A stretch of DNA of 63,778 bases, filler included, from Craspedostauros australis (lineage: Eukaryota): the NCBI GenBank assembly GCA_030167865.1. It is 8 parts of 8 records of this genome, joined end to end, with 100 filler letters (N's around TTAATTAATTAA, not from the genome) between each part and the next. Parts side by side here need not be neighbours in the genome. Positions count along the whole stretch, not along the records: positions 60,903 to 62,438 come from JALAGF010001933.1; positions 62,539 to 63,778 come from JALAGF010001934.1; 6 more parts are not named here. One strand, given 5' to 3'. Positions 61,317 to 63,778 of the stretch are shown here, in pieces. The translations under genes and the position numbers were made by a program. Below the pieces are notes generated by a model. It saw only the letters and a list, made by a program, of their open reading frames with translations, was not told the origin of the DNA and did not search any database. The stretch's first letter is position 1; the number at the start of each line of letters is the position of its first letter.

Positions 61317-62438
61317 ATCCGCATGACGATCCAATACGGAATCGGGAAGAAATCCGCCTCGGCTTTCGCAGTGCTGGGCGTCATCTTCGATATCTCCGGT
61401 GACGATCGCGCGCTGGTGCTGCGGTGCGCAGGTATCGCACAGAAGCTGCTGATGAGAGTTCAGCAGCAATCCAGTACGGTGTACTCCATCACGGCGGGCT
61501 GGATCTTTCCATTCAGCGAGTCATTTCCCATGTGCATCAAGACCTTGGACAAAGGCTACGCTTTCGGGATGGAGTCTGGCGACTTTGAGCTGGGGTTGAC
61601 CAATCTCCGGTTCCGCAACGTCTTGGCATTCTACATTGGCTACAAGCTCCGGCAGCTGGTTGCGGCTCTTGAGCACACAATTCAGCAGCACAAGGTCTAC
61701 AACGTGACATTCAACAATGAAACGACGATCGCCGTGCTGATGATGACAAGGTACCTCGCTGGTCTCGATCCAATCGACTGGAGCGACATCGAACGCAAGC
61801 TGGAGCGCGACGCCAACGACAAGGCTGTGATTCGCAACGAAGTGCACCGACTGATCACCACCTACTCGGGCCTGCCTTTGCTGGCGTTTCTGTTCCGGAA
61901 GTACGAGCTTGCACAACGCATGATCGCACTGTATCGTCAGCTCCCGGGCAACGCCACAACCTTCGGTTCCGAATCCACGACCATGCTCGTGCAAGGACTT
62001 TCAGCATTCGCCTTGTACAAATCCACGGGCAAAGCGAAGCACAAGAAAGAGCTGAAGCGTCAGATTGGACTTGTCAGGACGTTCGTGACGAAGAAAGGAA
62101 GCAACGCGACCAGCATCTTGCAGCTGCTCAAGGCCAAGCGGCTCGCGGTGAACGGCGTCAAGCCAAGCCTCGCCAACATCTACCGGTCCGAGAAGGCGTA
62201 CGACACAGCCATCATGGTGGCAGAGAAGGTCTCCCTGGTGCACTACTGCGCCGTCGCATGCGAAAATGCAGCCGAAGACCTGATCCGAACGATGAAGAGG
62301 CTTCCGCGCAGCAAACATTTGAGCGCAACCGACCGCAGTGTGAAGAGATTGCTGCAGGAATCGATCTGCAAGTACATGACGCGTGCCGTCGCATACTACA
62401 ACGAATGGGGCTGCTCCATCAAGGTGAAGGACATCCAG
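61317..62438 (+). CDS. C-terminal part of STAND/AAA_16 ATPase paralog, runs into a gap
   Basis: IRMTIQYG, KGYAFGMESGDFE, KAYDTAIMVAEK, ACENAAE, YMTRAVAYYNEWGCSIKVKDI align motif by motif with the C-terminal ~490 aa of the 5391-9767 protein. Confidence 0.85.
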
Positions 62439-62538
62439 NNNNNNNNNNNNNNNNNNNNNNNNNNNNNNNNNNNNNNNNNNNNTTAATTAATTAANNNNNN
62501 NNNNNNNNNNNNNNNNNNNNNNNNNNNNNNNNNNNNNN

Positions 62539-62952
62539 CAACAGGGCACACTGTGAACGCCTAAGTGCAGCGCAACGCAGTACACCGCATCAGCCTGGAT
62601 GCGTCAACAACAACAACAACAACACCGCATCAGCGTGAATGCGTCAACAACAGGAACATCACACGAGAACCAGCAAAGCAGGCAGACATCACAGACAGAG
62701 AGCGCTACTCCCCAGAGTAGATCACACAGAATAACGACAACAGCACGAACAAAACCAAAACAAACACCAAAAAACAACGAAAACAACAGAAACAGAAACA
62801 CAAAGGAGAGCACTAACTAAGTACTCNATAGTAGTAGGAACAAACAAAGTACCATGATGGGTGCACATCACATATTTATGTCTAATCAAGTACCTAGTCT
62901 TGCCAATTCCGACATAAAAAGTAAGCTTTTCTCCTTTTCCGACAACTCCCAG
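62539..62952 (+). repeat. Second copy of the 60903-61316 segment
   Basis: Offset 1636 bp; sequences diverge after ...gacaactcccag. Confidence 0.9.
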
Positions 62953-63778
62953 GGAGGTGAAGTGGAGACTTTTCATCCAATTTTCTGTTGGACCAAATCG
63001 CAACGCGGCACGCGCACTTCTTCTGGATCCAGGATCGCCACAATTGTTTCGTGCCTCATCGTCATTAATTGTAATAACGTTCCTAACGCTCAATCGCCAT
63101 GTTTATTGCGATGTGGATGTCACCGAGACTTCGTGCACGCCTGATTGTTTGTCCTCGCGCCGTTCTCCCATCACGCTACCAACACACAACCCCCGCCAAA
63201 GTCATTGACATTGGTTTCGTGCCAATTGTAAAACGCACGCTTCGGGAGTAGAGGCCTATCGCATTTCACATTGGGAGTCCCACGGTACAAAATAACCTGA
63301 TAATGATATTTTTAGAGGGGCAACATGCGAACTTCCCCCTCGGAAAGTGAAACTCGATTGCGTTTTAGGAGCCAAAAACACAATTGAGTTTCACATTGCA
63401 GTCCCGGCAANCCAACCTTCCACGTGTTGGAACGAAACNAATGGCCAATCATTTCTCTTCATTTGCAGAAATGTTGAGTCGTCCTTGTCGTAACAATGAT
63501 ATTTTTTTGAGATGCTAGTGATGATGAAACTAGCATTCCGAATGAGAGGTGCATGGAGCGATAGAGAGCGATTAAGATGTCGAATATGCCTGTAAGCTTC
63601 ACATATGATATCTACGCGCAAATATAAAAGGACCCCTTCATGATCCAGCTGAGGAATCTTTGCTCATATCCTAGTTCACCCGATACAACATCCACGGCGT
63701 GTTCCTGATGCTCTGAGGACTAGTGTAGTCAGATACGACCAGGGACTTCGACCAACGCGCATTTTGCATCTTTTGGAG

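Overview
Eukaryotic, intron-containing scaffold window, most consistent with a diatom or close photosynthetic stramenopile. The evidence is GT-AG introns, bipartite signal + 'AF/GF' plastid-targeting presequences, and CoDi-like Ty1/copia elements. It is a draft assembly: seven N-TTAATTAATTAA-N linkers join contigs. Recognisable genes: a mitochondrial-carrier-family protein with an N-terminal signal peptide; a 1458-aa STAND/AAA_16-type ATPase and a broken paralog near the right end; a Gbp2-like multi-RRM protein; an SGF29 tandem-Tudor protein that appears fused to a SAP30 Sin3-binding domain; a Tat-type thylakoid lumen protein; SDHAF4; an FHA/RVxF (NIPP1-like) protein; an ICMT/PEMT-like membrane methyltransferase; a UFD2/UBE4 U-box ligase; an SR splicing factor; a MerC-like His-rich protein; an NRT2 nitrate transporter with a ~450-aa acidic N-terminal extension; a small ER-retained FN3/WSxWS protein; and a bacterial-type HU protein with a mitochondrial-type presequence. 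Decayed Copia, Gypsy and non-LTR retroelements and several orphan ORFs lie between them. The most unusual candidates are the SAP30-SGF29 fusion, the pair of kinase-less STAND ATPases (one next to an LRR remnant), the extended NRT2, the WSxWS/HEEL protein and the organellar HU. All family calls come from recognising motifs by eye; no database search was run.
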